Virus record (IMG/VR): IMGVR_UViG_2563367173_000002
Coordinates: 46,562-110,561 of that record
Reading direction: 5' to 3' (one strand)
DNA length: 64,000 bases
DNA from: a virus
Lineage: Duplodnaviria > Caudoviricetes
Shown: positions 39,869 through 51,160 of the stretch, one piece after another
How the letters are laid out: each line of letters starts with the position of its first letter
Numbering within the stretch: the first letter of the stretch is position 1
The notes under the pieces: model-generated
Databases searched by the model: none
Told to the model about the DNA's origin: nothing
Seen by the model: the letters and a program-made list of their open reading frames with translations, nothing else
Position numbers and translations under genes: made by a program

Positions 39869-40426
39869 TTAGTCAACTTTTTCAAATATATCTTTTAATT
39901 CCATCTTTATATGTGGGAATGCTTTTAAACTGATAATAGTTTCTGCATTATAATGAGCATCATCAGGATCTTCTATTAAAATATAATTTTGTTCCATTGT
40001 ATACTTTCCATCTTTTAAATAATATATTTCAACAGATTTCCCTTGTGGTGTAACGATCCAATATTCTTCTACTCCCGCAGTTTCGTAGATATCTTTTTTT
40101 TCAGTTTTATCTCTTTTAGCTGTTGATGGACTTAAGGTTTCCACGATAAATTTTGGAATACCACTATAAGTTCCGCCTTTTAATTTATTCCGATCACATA
40201 CAATCATCACATCTGGGCAGATATAATCATCATTTTCTTCTGGATGAAATTTAAAATCAAGATTTTCCATTGATACAAGACATATGCTATCTCTTAATCC
40301 TTGCTTAATTATTGTATGAATATTACTATTTATAATTCCATGTCGATATCCAGGGGCAGGAGACATATCATAAATAATTCCGTCAATTTTTTCATCTCTC
40401 CAATGTTCGTTTGTAGCTAATATCAT
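39869..40426 (-). CDS. Uma2 (DUF820) PD-(D/E)xK endonuclease family protein
   Basis: MSPAP...H, PD, VETLSPST..D...K...Y...GV.EYWIV. Confidence 0.85.
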   Translation of the reverse strand: MILATNEHWRDEKIDGIIYDMSPAPGYRHGIINSNIHTIIKQGLRDSICLVSMENLDFKFHPEENDDYICPDVMIVCDRNKLKGGTYSGIPKFIVETLSPSTAKRDKTEKKDIYETAGVEEYWIVTPQGKSVEIYYLKDGKYTMEQNYILIEDPDDAHYNAETIISLKAFPHIKMELKDIFEKVD

Positions 40427-40551
40427 ATTCTCACATCCTTACTTTAATATTTTTATGTCTATTTTATAATAATGCATATATTATGTCACTAGGGACAATA
40501 GTGTTAATAATGATAATAAAGTACACCTTGTATTTATTTACAATTTTTAAA

Positions 40552-40650
40552 GTGAACTACCCATCATCTAAAGTCAATGGATCTCCTGCGTTATCGACCT
40601 CGCAACCTACTATCTCCATAGGCGTTAATTCGGGCTGCACCATCTCTAAC
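40552..40650. mobile_element. IS200/IS605-family end remnant
   Basis: GTGAACTACCCA...TAAAG...CGACCTCGCAACCTACTATCTCCATAGGCGT resembles clostridial IS605 termini (from recall). Confidence 0.5.
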
Positions 40651-40659
40651 TAATATATA

Positions 40660-41700
40660 TTAGCGGCTTATTGTTTCTAATCCATCTAATAATTCGTTAT
40701 ATAATTTTATTAGTATAGTGGCGTCAGTTTCGTCTTTTAAGTCCAGAATCTTTCCAAATGCACAAAGCATATAATTTCTCAATTCTGAATTGTCATATAC
40801 GCTGACAGGATTTTTCACTAAAAACGGAACTTCTTCACCATCCATAACATACTTCTTATACTTCTGACCATAATCATCTAAATATTCCATTTCTAATTTA
40901 GCAGTTTCACCTAAATATTTGTTTGTCATTTTCTCCGACGAATGATTATATAATTCCATTAGTACAGATTTTGCTACAGGATCGTTTGGATGCAGTTCCA
41001 ATAGCATTTTTCCCATTCCCCGGCGCATGGAATGAGAACGAATTTCATAATCAAGACATTCACCAGCTTTTATAAGTGCTTTCCTATATCCTTCTTCCGA
41101 TATAACTTTACCTCTATGAGTACCATGTAACTGTTTAAAAATTGGTTCATCATAATCATATTTGAAATTAATACTCTTTTCATTCTCGAGAAAAATTCTA
41201 AATGCTTCTTGAACAGCGATATTAACAAAAAGTTCTTTTGATTTTCCAGTTTTTTGTTCGCCGGGGATTCTCTGATCGTCTTCATCAAGTTTCTTTATAT
41301 TCCAAAACTTTTTCATACTTCCATTTTTATAGAAGAAATCTGACCATAAAGCTTGTCGCAGATCAGATATACGCCTACCTGTATTGGCGTTCAATGTGAA
41401 AAGTAGATAGAAATTCCATTGATTGTGTTCAATAAAGTAATTTTGAATTTTTTTCATATCTTCAAAATTTTCAATAGCTGTCTTGATAGATTTCGTACCA
41501 CGCTGTTTGTTTATTACTTTACCATTTTTATCAAGGTATTTTCGTTCGCCATCTACTTCAATAAAATATTTCCCTTTCATATTTGTTAAGATTGGATAAT
41601 CATCTCCACAATATTCACATGTTTTTCTTTCTGTTTTATGTGGTTCTTCTGTATATGTAACATTATTTAATGCTATAGCTTCCATAATCATTACCCCCAT
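40660..41700 (-). CDS. tyrosine recombinase/integrase
   Basis: TGRRISD, EQKTGK, HSMRR, NHSS...T..Y. Confidence 0.85.
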   Translation of the reverse strand: MGVMIMEAIALNNVTYTEEPHKTERKTCEYCGDDYPILTNMKGKYFIEVDGERKYLDKNGKVINKQRGTKSIKTAIENFEDMKKIQNYFIEHNQWNFYLLFTLNANTGRRISDLRQALWSDFFYKNGSMKKFWNIKKLDEDDQRIPGEQKTGKSKELFVNIAVQEAFRIFLENEKSINFKYDYDEPIFKQLHGTHRGKVISEEGYRKALIKAGECLDYEIRSHSMRRGMGKMLLELHPNDPVAKSVLMELYNHSSEKMTNKYLGETAKLEMEYLDDYGQKYKKYVMDGEEVPFLVKNPVSVYDNSELRNYMLCAFGKILDLKDETDATILIKLYNELLDGLETISR

Positions 41701-42086
41701 TTTATTGTGTTTTGATCTTACTGTTATTAATTCTCTTTATTGTTTATCAAAGAAAATGATATTTTATCGTCTAATTTGATAAACAATAAATTAAAATACT
41801 GAACCTAGCAACTGATTTTACAGTTTGAATATTTTCCCGTCCGATTAGATGCAAGTAGCTGGGAAGCTAGATTGGCAAGGTCGTAACTCATATACACGCC
41901 TGTATAAACACTATTCGGATTAAATAACCCTAGTTATATAAGTTGCTAAAGGTTTATTTTTCTTTCCTTTAACTGTCTTTATTATAGCATTACGTTTTTC
42001 TAATGTCAACACATTTTCATAATATTTTATTATATTTCCGTGATGTATATAGACAAAAGTAAAGACATACCTCTTATAGCATGTCT

Positions 42087-42308
42087 TTATTCCACTCTGC
42101 AACCATTTGAAAATTCAAAACCAGAAAAATATTTTGCTCCTAGTTGCTCAGCAAATCGCTCTAATTCTTCCTGAGTAAATTTACCGCGTTTTAATCTCTG
42201 TGAAAAAGCAGATTGTGAATAACCGCATCTCCGACCTAACTCAGTAACCGTTATCCCCGCCATTGCACAAGCTGATTCAATCTTTTGCTTAATAGTGATT
42301 TTCCTCAC
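42087..42308 (-). CDS. small HTH protein
   Basis: ITVTELGRRCGYSQSAFSQRLKRG. Confidence 0.7.
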   Translation of the reverse strand: MRKITIKQKIESACAMAGITVTELGRRCGYSQSAFSQRLKRGKFTQEELERFAEQLGAKYFSGFEFSNGCRVE

Positions 42309-42319
42309 CTCCCTATTTA

Positions 42320-43960
42320 GTCAAGCCTTTTTTCCTTGAAAATCAAGGATTTTTCGATATACTATCAATAAATATCTCAGAAGAAAGAGCCATTGGTATG
42401 GGCATTTCTCTGTATCTGGTACGAAAATAGCTGGTTCTGGGTACACGAAGTAAAACGTCTTGCTTTTCCGTTCTACATGGCCTTGTGTATACCCATCCAT
42501 CTATGGCAGCGCACCTCCCGTGTCTACCAGGATCTCCTCCATTTCTGTAGGGTCCTAACTTCCTTCGTCCCGCCTGTCCATATCCAGGGTGTCAGCTTAG
42601 CTCCTTGTCAGGGTCATGCCCTATGGTGATCATTCCTGCCGACTACTGGCTCATTCTTTTTCTTAAGTCTTACTGACCTCTTCTGTATGTTCCACAAACC
42701 AGCACCTTGTGGTGGACGTTTTCCCGGCCCGTTTCTCATACATTTCAGCTTTCCTGACACAGCTGAATTCAGCTCTCAGATCTGTTTTCTAAAGGCTCAA
42801 TTCAACTGTGACAGGGGTATTACATGTTTTCTCTCTGCTTCTTATGCTGCCTGCATCTGCGGCCTCTTGATGTCTCTCATCAGTTTCTCTGCATCATAAT
42901 CTACACCTTTTGTAAGGATTACGTAGAATACCCTTATAACCTTGCAGGCTACAGCAACCACTGACTGCATCTTTTTCAGCGGATTTTCCTTCCGGCCCCG
43001 ATAATACTCATGTATTTCTCGGAACTGTTCATTCTTTCCAATCAGCGATATCGCTGCCTCATAAAGCACATATCTCAGTCGCTTCCGTCCACGGTAACTG
43101 ATCCGGCTTTCTCCGTTATGCTTGCCGGACTCGTTCGCCACGATTGCATATCCCGCCAGTTTCTGCAGTTGTTTGGGATTATCAAAACGTCCGATGTCCC
43201 CCACTTCTGCTATAAAACCGCTGACTGTAATCAGACCGATCCCTTTGATCGCCATCAGTTTATCAATATATGGGATCTCCTTTAGTTTTTCTTCTATACT
43301 CCAAAGCAGTTCCTCTAGCCTTGACGCATATACCTCCAGGTCATTCAGCAGATTTTTTAATTCGATTCTTGCTGCTTCCGTCCCTTCCTTACTCCCAATG
43401 CTATGTTCTGCGGCTGATACCAGGGCCTTTGCCCTCTTCATTCCAGCGCCTCTCAGCTTTGCATCTCTCCAGATCTGGTTCACCCCTTCTACCCCGAGCT
43501 TTACGATATCCTCCGGCAACGGAAATTCCTTCAGCACCATTCTGCCGCTGTCCTGCAGGAATTTCCCTAACGCAAACCAGTAATGTCCAGTCGGCTCCAT
43601 TCCGGGAATCACAGCAGTTTTGCCATACTTTTCTGAGAGATCTTCCATCCATGCTTTCAATGTCAGGAATCCCGCTTCCGTATTACTGAATTCTAACGGT
43701 TTTTTGCTATACTCATAATTCCTCCAGTCGAAAGCTCTGGCATAATGAGTTTCACTTCCGACATCAATACCAACTATCAAAGTTTTTTCAGTAATGGATG
43801 CAATTTTTGCGTTCTGTGTGTTATAATTCATTTCAGATACCTCTCTGTTCAATAAGATTTTTACTAACCTCCAAAGTCAGTAATCTTATTTTACTCTGAG
43901 GTATTTTTTTCTCAACCTTCTTTCTTGGAATTCCCTATACTTGAATTATACAGGAAGCTC
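42320..43960 (-). mobile_element. IS110-family element (ends approximate), GC-rich relative to flanks
   Basis: Transposase plus about 520 bp of non-coding 3' region. Confidence 0.7.
42842..43852 (-). pseudogene. IS110 DEDD recombinase with an in-frame internal deletion
   Basis: GIDVG, MEPTGHYW, SG motif (NESGK); the K-x-D-x-x-D segment is missing after FLQDSG. Confidence 0.75.
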
Positions 43961-44155
43961 CTATTCTTTTATTCTGTCAATCTCAGTTAAATTAACGCCT
44001 GCAACATTAAGAAAACTTTTAAGGTACAAATATTCTTCTTTCAAGCCTTCATATGTTTTAGTAGCATTTTCTTCTTTAGCTGTTAACATATGTCTTTGAA
44101 TTTTTACGAAGTCTTCCATAGCTTTTTGTGTAATCTCTAAATTTGTATTTGGCAT
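43961..44155 (-). CDS. small hypothetical protein, paralogue of 51161..51355
   Basis: MPNTNLEITQKAMEDF...YLKSFLNVAGVNL. Confidence 0.65.
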   Translation of the reverse strand: MPNTNLEITQKAMEDFVKIQRHMLTAKEENATKTYEGLKEEYLYLKSFLNVAGVNLTEIDRIKE

Positions 44156-44782
44156 ATGATTACGCTCCTTTTTCCTTTTCTATTATTATATCAGATTATT
44201 ACCCATTTTCAAGACTCAAATCATACAATAAGATGATACCATTTGAACGAATATCATCTGCAAAAAACTCTATCCGCTTAAACATCGTAAACGGTAAAAC
44301 ATGAGTACCTATAAAACGGGAGAAAACCTGTATTATAATAGCAGGTTTGCTTTGATTCTTATTTCATTTCAAATTTATTGGACTTCCGGCAATACTCCGA
44401 GAAATTCGGTGACCATGGGAGCAGGTCATCGTTCTGCAATTACTTCATGCTTTAAATATGACATAAGTATACACCCCACTTTCAAAACAGATTCGATTTT
44501 TCAAAGCCATGTATAGAAACTGTGAAAACTAATGTGCAGTTTTCATTGTAGCTATTGAAACTGGAAATGACTTTGAAAACTATAATCGATTCTCAAAGCC
44601 ATTATACAGTAATCTTTTATTTTATGCACGGTATCCACTATTTACCGTTTACTTTATTAGTAAATGATTGTCTGCTAATTCCTAGAACATTAGCAAGTTC
44701 TACTTGTGTAATTTTTCTTTCTTCATCTTCACAATCCATCAAAATTTTCTATATTATATTTGCAAATATTTCTATTGCTCCC

Positions 44783-45058
44783 CTATTCATCAAACAAATC
44801 TGAATGTGTACCTGTCCTGGAAAGCTCTAAATACTCGCCATTATAACGGTAAATCAACAACCAATTCGGCGCAATATGGCATTCTTTAAATCCTTTATAA
44901 TTCCCTTTTAATTCATGATCCTGATTCTTTATAGGTAACACTGACGGAAATGCTAATATAGCCACAACGGATTTTAACAAATTCATATTAAGTCCACGTT
45001 TGAGACATCTTTTATAGTCTTTCTTGAACTGCCCAGAATCTTTTACTTTTAATATTGC
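44783..45058 (-). CDS. YafQ/RelE-family toxin
   Basis: QFKKDYK, DHELKG, ECHIAPNWLLIY, RTGTHSDLF. Confidence 0.85.
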   Translation of the reverse strand, partial: AILKVKDSGQFKKDYKRCLKRGLNMNLLKSVVAILAFPSVLPIKNQDHELKGNYKGFKECHIAPNWLLIYRYNGEYLELSRTGTHSDLFDE

Positions 45059-45264
45059 TATTCCTCCAGACTGTCCCATAATTCATCAAGTGTATCGAAA
45101 CATTCGCCTCCACCGTCTTCTAATTCTTTCATGGCTGCTATTGTTTCGGCATTTGGTTTTTCGTCTTCTCCTTCAGTCATGCCCTGTAGATAAGCCACAA
45201 CATAACCTATTTTATAATCAGGTACAATGTCTAAAAGTTGATACACTTTTTCTCTATCGCTCAT
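45058..45264 (-). CDS. cognate antitoxin (DinJ/RelB-like C-terminus)
   Basis: PNAETIAAMKE...FDTLDELW directly upstream of the toxin. Confidence 0.75.
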   Translation of the reverse strand: MSDREKVYQLLDIVPDYKIGYVVAYLQGMTEGEDEKPNAETIAAMKELEDGGGECFDTLDELWDSLEE

Positions 45265-45398
45265 ACAAATACCTTCTTTCCTAATTTATATTTCTATATT
45301 GGATTATCATAGCCTTTTAGGTTAATTGTAATACTATAAAACTTTTATGGAATATTCTTTCATATCAACAATCGTTCTATTATCTATCCTTATTTTAT

Positions 45399-46178
45399 CT
45401 ATAAATATTTATTTATGAATTCAGATATATTAGTAAAGTCTCTATCATAGGCTTCATTTTTTATATAGCTTTCATTTTTCCAGCACTTTCCTATTTTCTT
45501 CTGTTCTTCATTATCCTTTATTATTAAAAACTTTATTAGCAATTCATCATAACTGGTACCCTTAGACATTCGGATAAAGAAAATAATCAAAAAAATAATT
45601 ATTACTACTCCTATTATTATATGGATGTATACTTTAATGCCATCAATACTAATCATCAAAAAATTAATTGATGAATGCAATTTCATTTCTTTTATTGCAT
45701 ATTTATACAATTGAAGAAAATAAACAGTTATTGTCATACTTGCACAAGTATAATATGGATAAAGTTGTGTTGGTATATTACTAAATGTGCTTTTACTAAA
45801 ATTTTCTTTTTCTCTTATTCCTATCTTTTTTAACATATTATTTCTGGATTCCCAATGAATGGGACAATCTTCATAGCTTTCATGAAATACAACAAGATAC
45901 GAAGATATTTTTCTAATACATAACCAGTAATTAACAGCACTTATATAAATAGGCAACACAAACAAAAGAGGTAACAGGACGCAAATAATTGGAAGTGTAT
46001 CAGAAATTGTAAATAATAATATAGATCCGACTGCTATATACATCATATTTTTTACTTCATGAAGTTTGTTCATATAGTTGACAAGCTCCTCACGCATCAT
46101 TTTGTATTCTTCAATCCATACCTGATTATATTGAATAGCGTTGCTATTATCATTTTTTATACTCTTCTTTTTAGACAT
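45399..46178 (-). CDS. multi-pass membrane protein
   Basis: Four hydrophobic segments; similar layout to 56573..57139. Confidence 0.55.
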   Translation of the reverse strand: MSKKKSIKNDNSNAIQYNQVWIEEYKMMREELVNYMNKLHEVKNMMYIAVGSILLFTISDTLPIICVLLPLLFVLPIYISAVNYWLCIRKISSYLVVFHESYEDCPIHWESRNNMLKKIGIREKENFSKSTFSNIPTQLYPYYTCASMTITVYFLQLYKYAIKEMKLHSSINFLMISIDGIKVYIHIIIGVVIIIFLIIFFIRMSKGTSYDELLIKFLIIKDNEEQKKIGKCWKNESYIKNEAYDRDFTNISEFINKYL

Positions 46179-46481
46179 TTTTCTTCCCTTTGAAACCAGA
46201 ATTATTTCTTACACTGTTTAATTATGCTATTATTATATATTATTTTCTTTTGATTGAAAAGTGTAAATATTATAGTAAAAGAAAATAATATATAATCAGT
46301 TGATATTATTTGACCAGGATCGCCATATCAAGAGAGGAATATGCTTTTCCTTCCGCATGATATTTGGTTTATATGATATCATTTTATATTATCACCTGCC
46401 TTTTATATGTAAACGGTAGATAGTGCGTACCTATACAAAACTGGAGCAAACCTGTAAGATAGAAACAGATTTGCTCCAGTC

Positions 46482-48101
46482 TTATTTCAATTCATTCTTA
46501 CCAGGCTTCCGGCAGTTCTCCGGCAGGCTTGGTGACCAGGGGAGCAGGTCATCCAGAAAACTGCGGTCTGTATCATCCAGATGTTTGGGAATCTCAGTAA
46601 GCAGAAATTCAAAGTAATCATACGGCTTCAAGTTGTTTGCTTTTGCAGTTTCCGCAATGCTGTAGATAATGGCGCTGGACTTTGCGCCGGCAATGGTATC
46701 GATCATCACCCAGTTTTTCTTGCCGATGCAGAATCCGCGGATGGACTGTTCCGCAGCGTTATTGTCCATCGGCACTTCGCCATCGTCCAGGAACACTTTC
46801 AGGTATTTCTCCTGGTTCAGGGAATAATTGAAACCTTCCCACGTCTTGCTTTTTTGCGGCACTTTCGGAAGGTTTTCACGAACCCATGTGAAATAAGCCT
46901 CCACCAGGGGCTTTACGCTCAGCTGGCGGCGGTTTTTCCGTTCTTCCGCCGGGAGATCTTTTAACTGTTTTTCCTCCCGGTAGATCGCCTGTATCATGGT
47001 CAGCGCAAGATATGCGCGGCTGTCCTTCTGCTTTGCTTTCGGCAGCGCTTTTACTGCTTCATCAAACCTGCGCCTGGCATGGGACCAGCATCCGGCAATC
47101 CTCAGATCTTCGCGTTCACCTTCAATGGTGTGGTAGACCTGATATCCGTCCGTGACACATACGCCGTTGAAGTCTTTCAAAAACTCTCTGGGATGGCTGG
47201 CATTGCGCGTCTTCTGGTATTCATACAGGACAACCTGGCGTTCTGTGTACATCCGTCCGGTGCGGTATACCCACATGTAACTTTTGCTCCCGGCAGGACG
47301 GCCGTCCTTATTCACCAACACGGGCGTCTCGTCTGCCTGCAGGACGTGGTAGCCGTACAGCTTTTCTTGGAGGTAATCATAGAGGACCGCAAGGTAACGG
47401 TCTGCGCACTGGATCGTCCAGTTCGCCATGTTCTGTCTTGAAATGTGCAGGCCATAACGTTCAAACTCCTGCTCCTGGCGGTAAAGAGGGACGGCATTGA
47501 CATACTTTGCGTTTATTACCGCTGCCTCCAGCGAAGGGGAAACAAGGCTCCCCCTTAATAAAGTCTGCGGATGCGGCGCTTTGATGACTTCTTCCGTTTC
47601 TTTCCCGGCATAAACCTTTACATGATGTTCTTCCACCTCGATTTTCGCCGGGGTAAAGCGGTACCTGCGGTACACTTCATCCGGGAGCTGTTTCCAGCCG
47701 TCCTTTCCAAATTTATCTTCCAGTTCCCCATCCGTCATGGAATGTTCCACCACAACTACCGGAATCCCGTCCAGGTCTTCTTCCCGTTTTCCCTGCTTTT
47801 TCTTCGGCCTTGTGCGGGAAACGTTCTCCGGCTCCTCTGTGCTTTCCTCCGCAGCGACAGCTTCAGGTTCGTTAAAGAATACGATCTTCCCATCCACTTC
47901 CATGAAGGAAACCTGGCCTTCGGTCTCATGTTTTTCTGATGACCTGCCAAACCTGTGCCGTTTTAAATCCGCCATCTGCTCCAGAACAAGCTGGAGCGTA
48001 TGGTCGATATTTTCAAGCTGCTCCTGCTGCGACAGGAACAGCCTGGTAAGCGTTTCCCTGTCAAGACTGTTCAGTTGTTCTTCCGTATATTTTGAGGCCA
48101 T
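46482..48101 (-). CDS. tnpC: IS66 transposase TnpC
   Basis: FGRSSEK, ADETP, DGY, CWSHARR, DNNAAEQ. Confidence 0.95.
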   Translation of the reverse strand: MASKYTEEQLNSLDRETLTRLFLSQQEQLENIDHTLQLVLEQMADLKRHRFGRSSEKHETEGQVSFMEVDGKIVFFNEPEAVAAEESTEEPENVSRTRPKKKQGKREEDLDGIPVVVVEHSMTDGELEDKFGKDGWKQLPDEVYRRYRFTPAKIEVEEHHVKVYAGKETEEVIKAPHPQTLLRGSLVSPSLEAAVINAKYVNAVPLYRQEQEFERYGLHISRQNMANWTIQCADRYLAVLYDYLQEKLYGYHVLQADETPVLVNKDGRPAGSKSYMWVYRTGRMYTERQVVLYEYQKTRNASHPREFLKDFNGVCVTDGYQVYHTIEGEREDLRIAGCWSHARRRFDEAVKALPKAKQKDSRAYLALTMIQAIYREEKQLKDLPAEERKNRRQLSVKPLVEAYFTWVRENLPKVPQKSKTWEGFNYSLNQEKYLKVFLDDGEVPMDNNAAEQSIRGFCIGKKNWVMIDTIAGAKSSAIIYSIAETAKANNLKPYDYFEFLLTEIPKHLDDTDRSFLDDLLPWSPSLPENCRKPGKNELK

Positions 48102-48376
48102 GTTGTTTTCTCCTGGTATCCTGATAGCCTTATTATACCATGGATACGGGATTTTTGCGAACCCGGCGCTGCCGGATGCCCGTCATAATGCCTATGGTTT
48201 TAACAGCGGATGCTGCCTTTGTACGATGCTGTTTCCAGGACCCTTTTCGGGAGGAAACAGCATGTCTGCGTCCATCCCGGGCCCTTTTATGGTGTGCAGC
48301 GTGGTTGTGCAGGAATAAGGCAGGACATTTTTTTCAGCAGGAAAACCGTCTGAAAATTTCTCCGTTTTGCACAAAA

Positions 48377-48739
48377 TCATCCCATGTATTCCGGCGGTTC
48401 CACCGGCCTGACCGATTTCTTCGGGGTGATCGTCAGCCCTTCCATCAGCCATCGGAACTGCTGCGGCGTTAATTCACGTACATCCTCTGGGGTGCGCGGC
48501 CACTGGAAGCGGCTTTCCGAAAGCCGCTTGTATAACAGGAGCCAGCCGTCCCCTTCCCATACAAGTCCCTTGATGCGGTCTGTGCGCCTCCCGCAGAAAA
48601 GATAGAGGGTATCCGGGACATATGGCCTGTTCCCGGTCTGAGCTTCCACGAGTGCCGCCAGCCGGTCCATCCCAGCGCGCAGGTCGGTGTAGCCGCAGAC
48701 AATGTAGACGGCTTTAAAGCAGGTTGCGTCATTGAGCAT
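48377..48739 (-). CDS. tnpB: IS66 accessory protein TnpB
   Basis: TDLRAGMD, LFCGRR, KRL...F.WP. Confidence 0.9.
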   Translation of the reverse strand: MLNDATCFKAVYIVCGYTDLRAGMDRLAALVEAQTGNRPYVPDTLYLFCGRRTDRIKGLVWEGDGWLLLYKRLSESRFQWPRTPEDVRELTPQQFRWLMEGLTITPKKSVRPVEPPEYMG

Positions 48740-49103
48740 TCCGCACCACCTCCAGGACTGCCGCAAGCAGCGACATGGGTGTGGATTCCGTTACGTGGAT
48801 GGAAAAACTGTTTACAGAGATGGAAAGCCCCTGCTGTATACCGCTGCCGCTTTGTGTTTCCTGCTGTAGCAGACAGGTGTTTACCGGGACAATCTGCTGC
48901 ATCGGAGCCTCTGGAGCAAGGGATTCCAGACACGCTTCCCTTACGCGGCGCAGTCTGTAATAATAGTTTGCTTTCGTAATGCCGTGGCCGGCACACCAAT
49001 CGACAACACTCATGCCTGCGGGACGGTTCTGGCACTCCCTGATCTGCTCCGCCCACTCTTTTAAACGGTATTGTACAGCCACTGCTGTTGTTGCTGAGTT
49101 CAT
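48729..49103 (-). CDS. tnpA: IS66 TnpA HTH protein
   Basis: W...I......GMSV..WC...GI....YYY. Confidence 0.85.
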   Translation of the reverse strand: MNSATTAVAVQYRLKEWAEQIRECQNRPAGMSVVDWCAGHGITKANYYYRLRRVREACLESLAPEAPMQQIVPVNTCLLQQETQSGSGIQQGLSISVNSFSIHVTESTPMSLLAAVLEVVRNAQ

Positions 49104-49353
49104 AGACTTACCTCCGTATAACGGTATCAAAAGTTAAGGCTTAACTTTTAATACTTATGATAGAAATATAGCCTATTGTCACACACTTTGCCCTCATAGT
49201 CGAGGTACGTACTATCTACCGTTTACTTTTATATTTTGAATATTAAAATATTATTTTGATTATTTATTGGTTTACTACTTTTTTGAAAAACAAAATAAAA
49301 AGCACTAACAATGGTAGAATTGTTAATGCTTTTGCATATATGAAAGATTCTTA

Positions 49354-50424
49354 TTAATATGGATATTCTTTTGGTGAAACTGCGGCTGATGGAATCATTT
49401 CCTTTAGATAAGTGCCACGTCCGTAATCTCTCCCAAATTCAGATTGAACAAAGCCCCAATTGTCTCCATCATACCGTATTGTAATGGTATAATAATTTAT
49501 TTCATGTTTAGATTCCTTAGAAATATTTATATTGATAATTCCATTATTTCTATAAAAGATAGAATCTATTTCACAAGATTTATTATTAATTTCATTGATA
49601 ATCATATTACCATTCGGAATATTTAAAATATCACTAACACTAATTTTCATGCCACCATATTCCCGAAATGTTCTACCATCAAAGTAAAAATAATATTTTT
49701 TCCATGTATGACCTAGCTTACCTATTTCATCCATATACATCATATCATATGTTGAATGTGTAATTTCTATCTCATTAAATTCATTAATTTTTAAACCATT
49801 TCCTTTTTTTGAAATATTCGGTTGGTAAGGCTCGCCATTTTTTACACCCCAAATATAAGTTAAACTACCTGTAGTAAAAGCTTGTTCAAATGTAATGAAT
49901 ACATTCCCATCAACAGAAAAAACGTAAGGAGATTCCCAATATTCTATATCATCACTTTCAACTTCCACTGCTCCATATTCATTAATAAACCAAATTTTAC
50001 CGTATAAATTTTTTTCTTCTTCTTCGTCCACTACTGTATAAGGTCTCGTTTCACCTACAAGAGCAAACATTTCACAACTTCCATCTCCATCATAATCACT
50101 ATAATAATGGTATATAACATCATTATCAACAATAGAATTTAAATATTCTAAATATTTTGACTCAGACATAATGATAGATTTTTCTGTATTGTTTTTTTCA
50201 TGATTAGTATTTATTGTATTATAATTATTGATGATGCTATTTTCATAAATATCACCTTTGTAATCAGCTTCAATTTTTATATCATTAGTTTCTTTATGAT
50301 CATCAGGTACGTTCTCTATTTTGTTGCTAGAAAAAATCGAAGAAATAATTGTTAATCCAATACCACTGAACAACCATTCTTTATGTTTCCAAATCAATAG
50401 AAATATTTGCTTTATATATTTCAT
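49354..50424 (-). CDS. membrane-anchored extracellular protein
   Basis: KEWLFSGIG N-terminal TM segment; DYDGDG motif. Confidence 0.55.
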   Translation of the reverse strand: MKYIKQIFLLIWKHKEWLFSGIGLTIISSIFSSNKIENVPDDHKETNDIKIEADYKGDIYENSIINNYNTINTNHEKNNTEKSIIMSESKYLEYLNSIVDNDVIYHYYSDYDGDGSCEMFALVGETRPYTVVDEEEEKNLYGKIWFINEYGAVEVESDDIEYWESPYVFSVDGNVFITFEQAFTTGSLTYIWGVKNGEPYQPNISKKGNGLKINEFNEIEITHSTYDMMYMDEIGKLGHTWKKYYFYFDGRTFREYGGMKISVSDILNIPNGNMIINEINNKSCEIDSIFYRNNGIININISKESKHEINYYTITIRYDGDNWGFVQSEFGRDYGRGTYLKEMIPSAAVSPKEYPY

Positions 50425-50661
50425 AACACTTTCTCCAGATGTTTAATATTATTATGTAATATTAACATAGTTATAAATATAAAGCAATTATCAAAATATT
50501 TATCTCAGCAATGCAAAATAATTTCTCTGGTTTTAGCCTTTTATCCATTAAATGATGATATCTATAGATTTACTTTTTAATATTTTCTTTACCAGACGTT
50601 CAATACGCTATAACAAAAGAGAATAGTCAATACAATATTTTGAAAAGAAATTTCATTTTTA

Positions 50662-50964
50662 TTAACTTTTCATAAGTAACTCTAAATCTTCTTTCAATGT
50701 TTCATGAAATCCATATGTTTTATAATGTTTCCCTAAAAGTGAAATATATTGTTCTCTTTGTTTACGATAATCTTTTTCAGACATTCTTCTTACATTTTTA
50801 GGATGCTCTTTCAATATAGTACCATTTCTTGTATATATACATATATGTTCATTATCAGTATGATTATCATTAATCAATATATGACAAGGAAACCACTGAG
50901 AATCTATTCCTCTCTTCCATTCATACATATAATTCCAATTATCTCTATATTGATTTAATGTCAT
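50662..50964 (-). CDS. hypothetical protein
   Basis: ORF with AGGAG RBS. Confidence 0.5.
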   Translation of the reverse strand: MTLNQYRDNWNYMYEWKRGIDSQWFPCHILINDNHTDNEHICIYTRNGTILKEHPKNVRRMSEKDYRKQREQYISLLGKHYKTYGFHETLKEDLELLMKS

Positions 50965-51160
50965 AAATTTTCTCCTTTTTAAACTGAACATTCATCCTAA
51001 TTTACATAAAATACTTACACTTGTAAAACTACTTGTTGTCTAAGGCCAATGTGCTTCCTGCTTAAACATGTCAAGCAGTTTATAATATGTGATCATACTT
51101 TTTATCCTCCACATAAAAAAAGGGCGCTTAATTGATAAACTACACCCTTATTATTCAATA

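Larger units (their letters stand above)
46409..49226 (-). mobile_element. IS66-family element
   Basis: Terminal IRs GTAAACGGTAGATAGT(G/A)CGTACCT; 8-bp TSD TTTTATAT on both sides; tnpA-tnpB-tnpC. Confidence 0.95.

Noticed and set aside
41800-41920. Small hairpins upstream of the tyrosine recombinase as a named ncRNA
   Set aside because: Only short stems (TATAC/GTATA, TAGCT/AGCTA) and no recognisable family.
42393-48979. Many overlapping + strand ORFs in IS110 and IS66
   Set aside because: Antisense shadow ORFs of GC-rich transposase genes.
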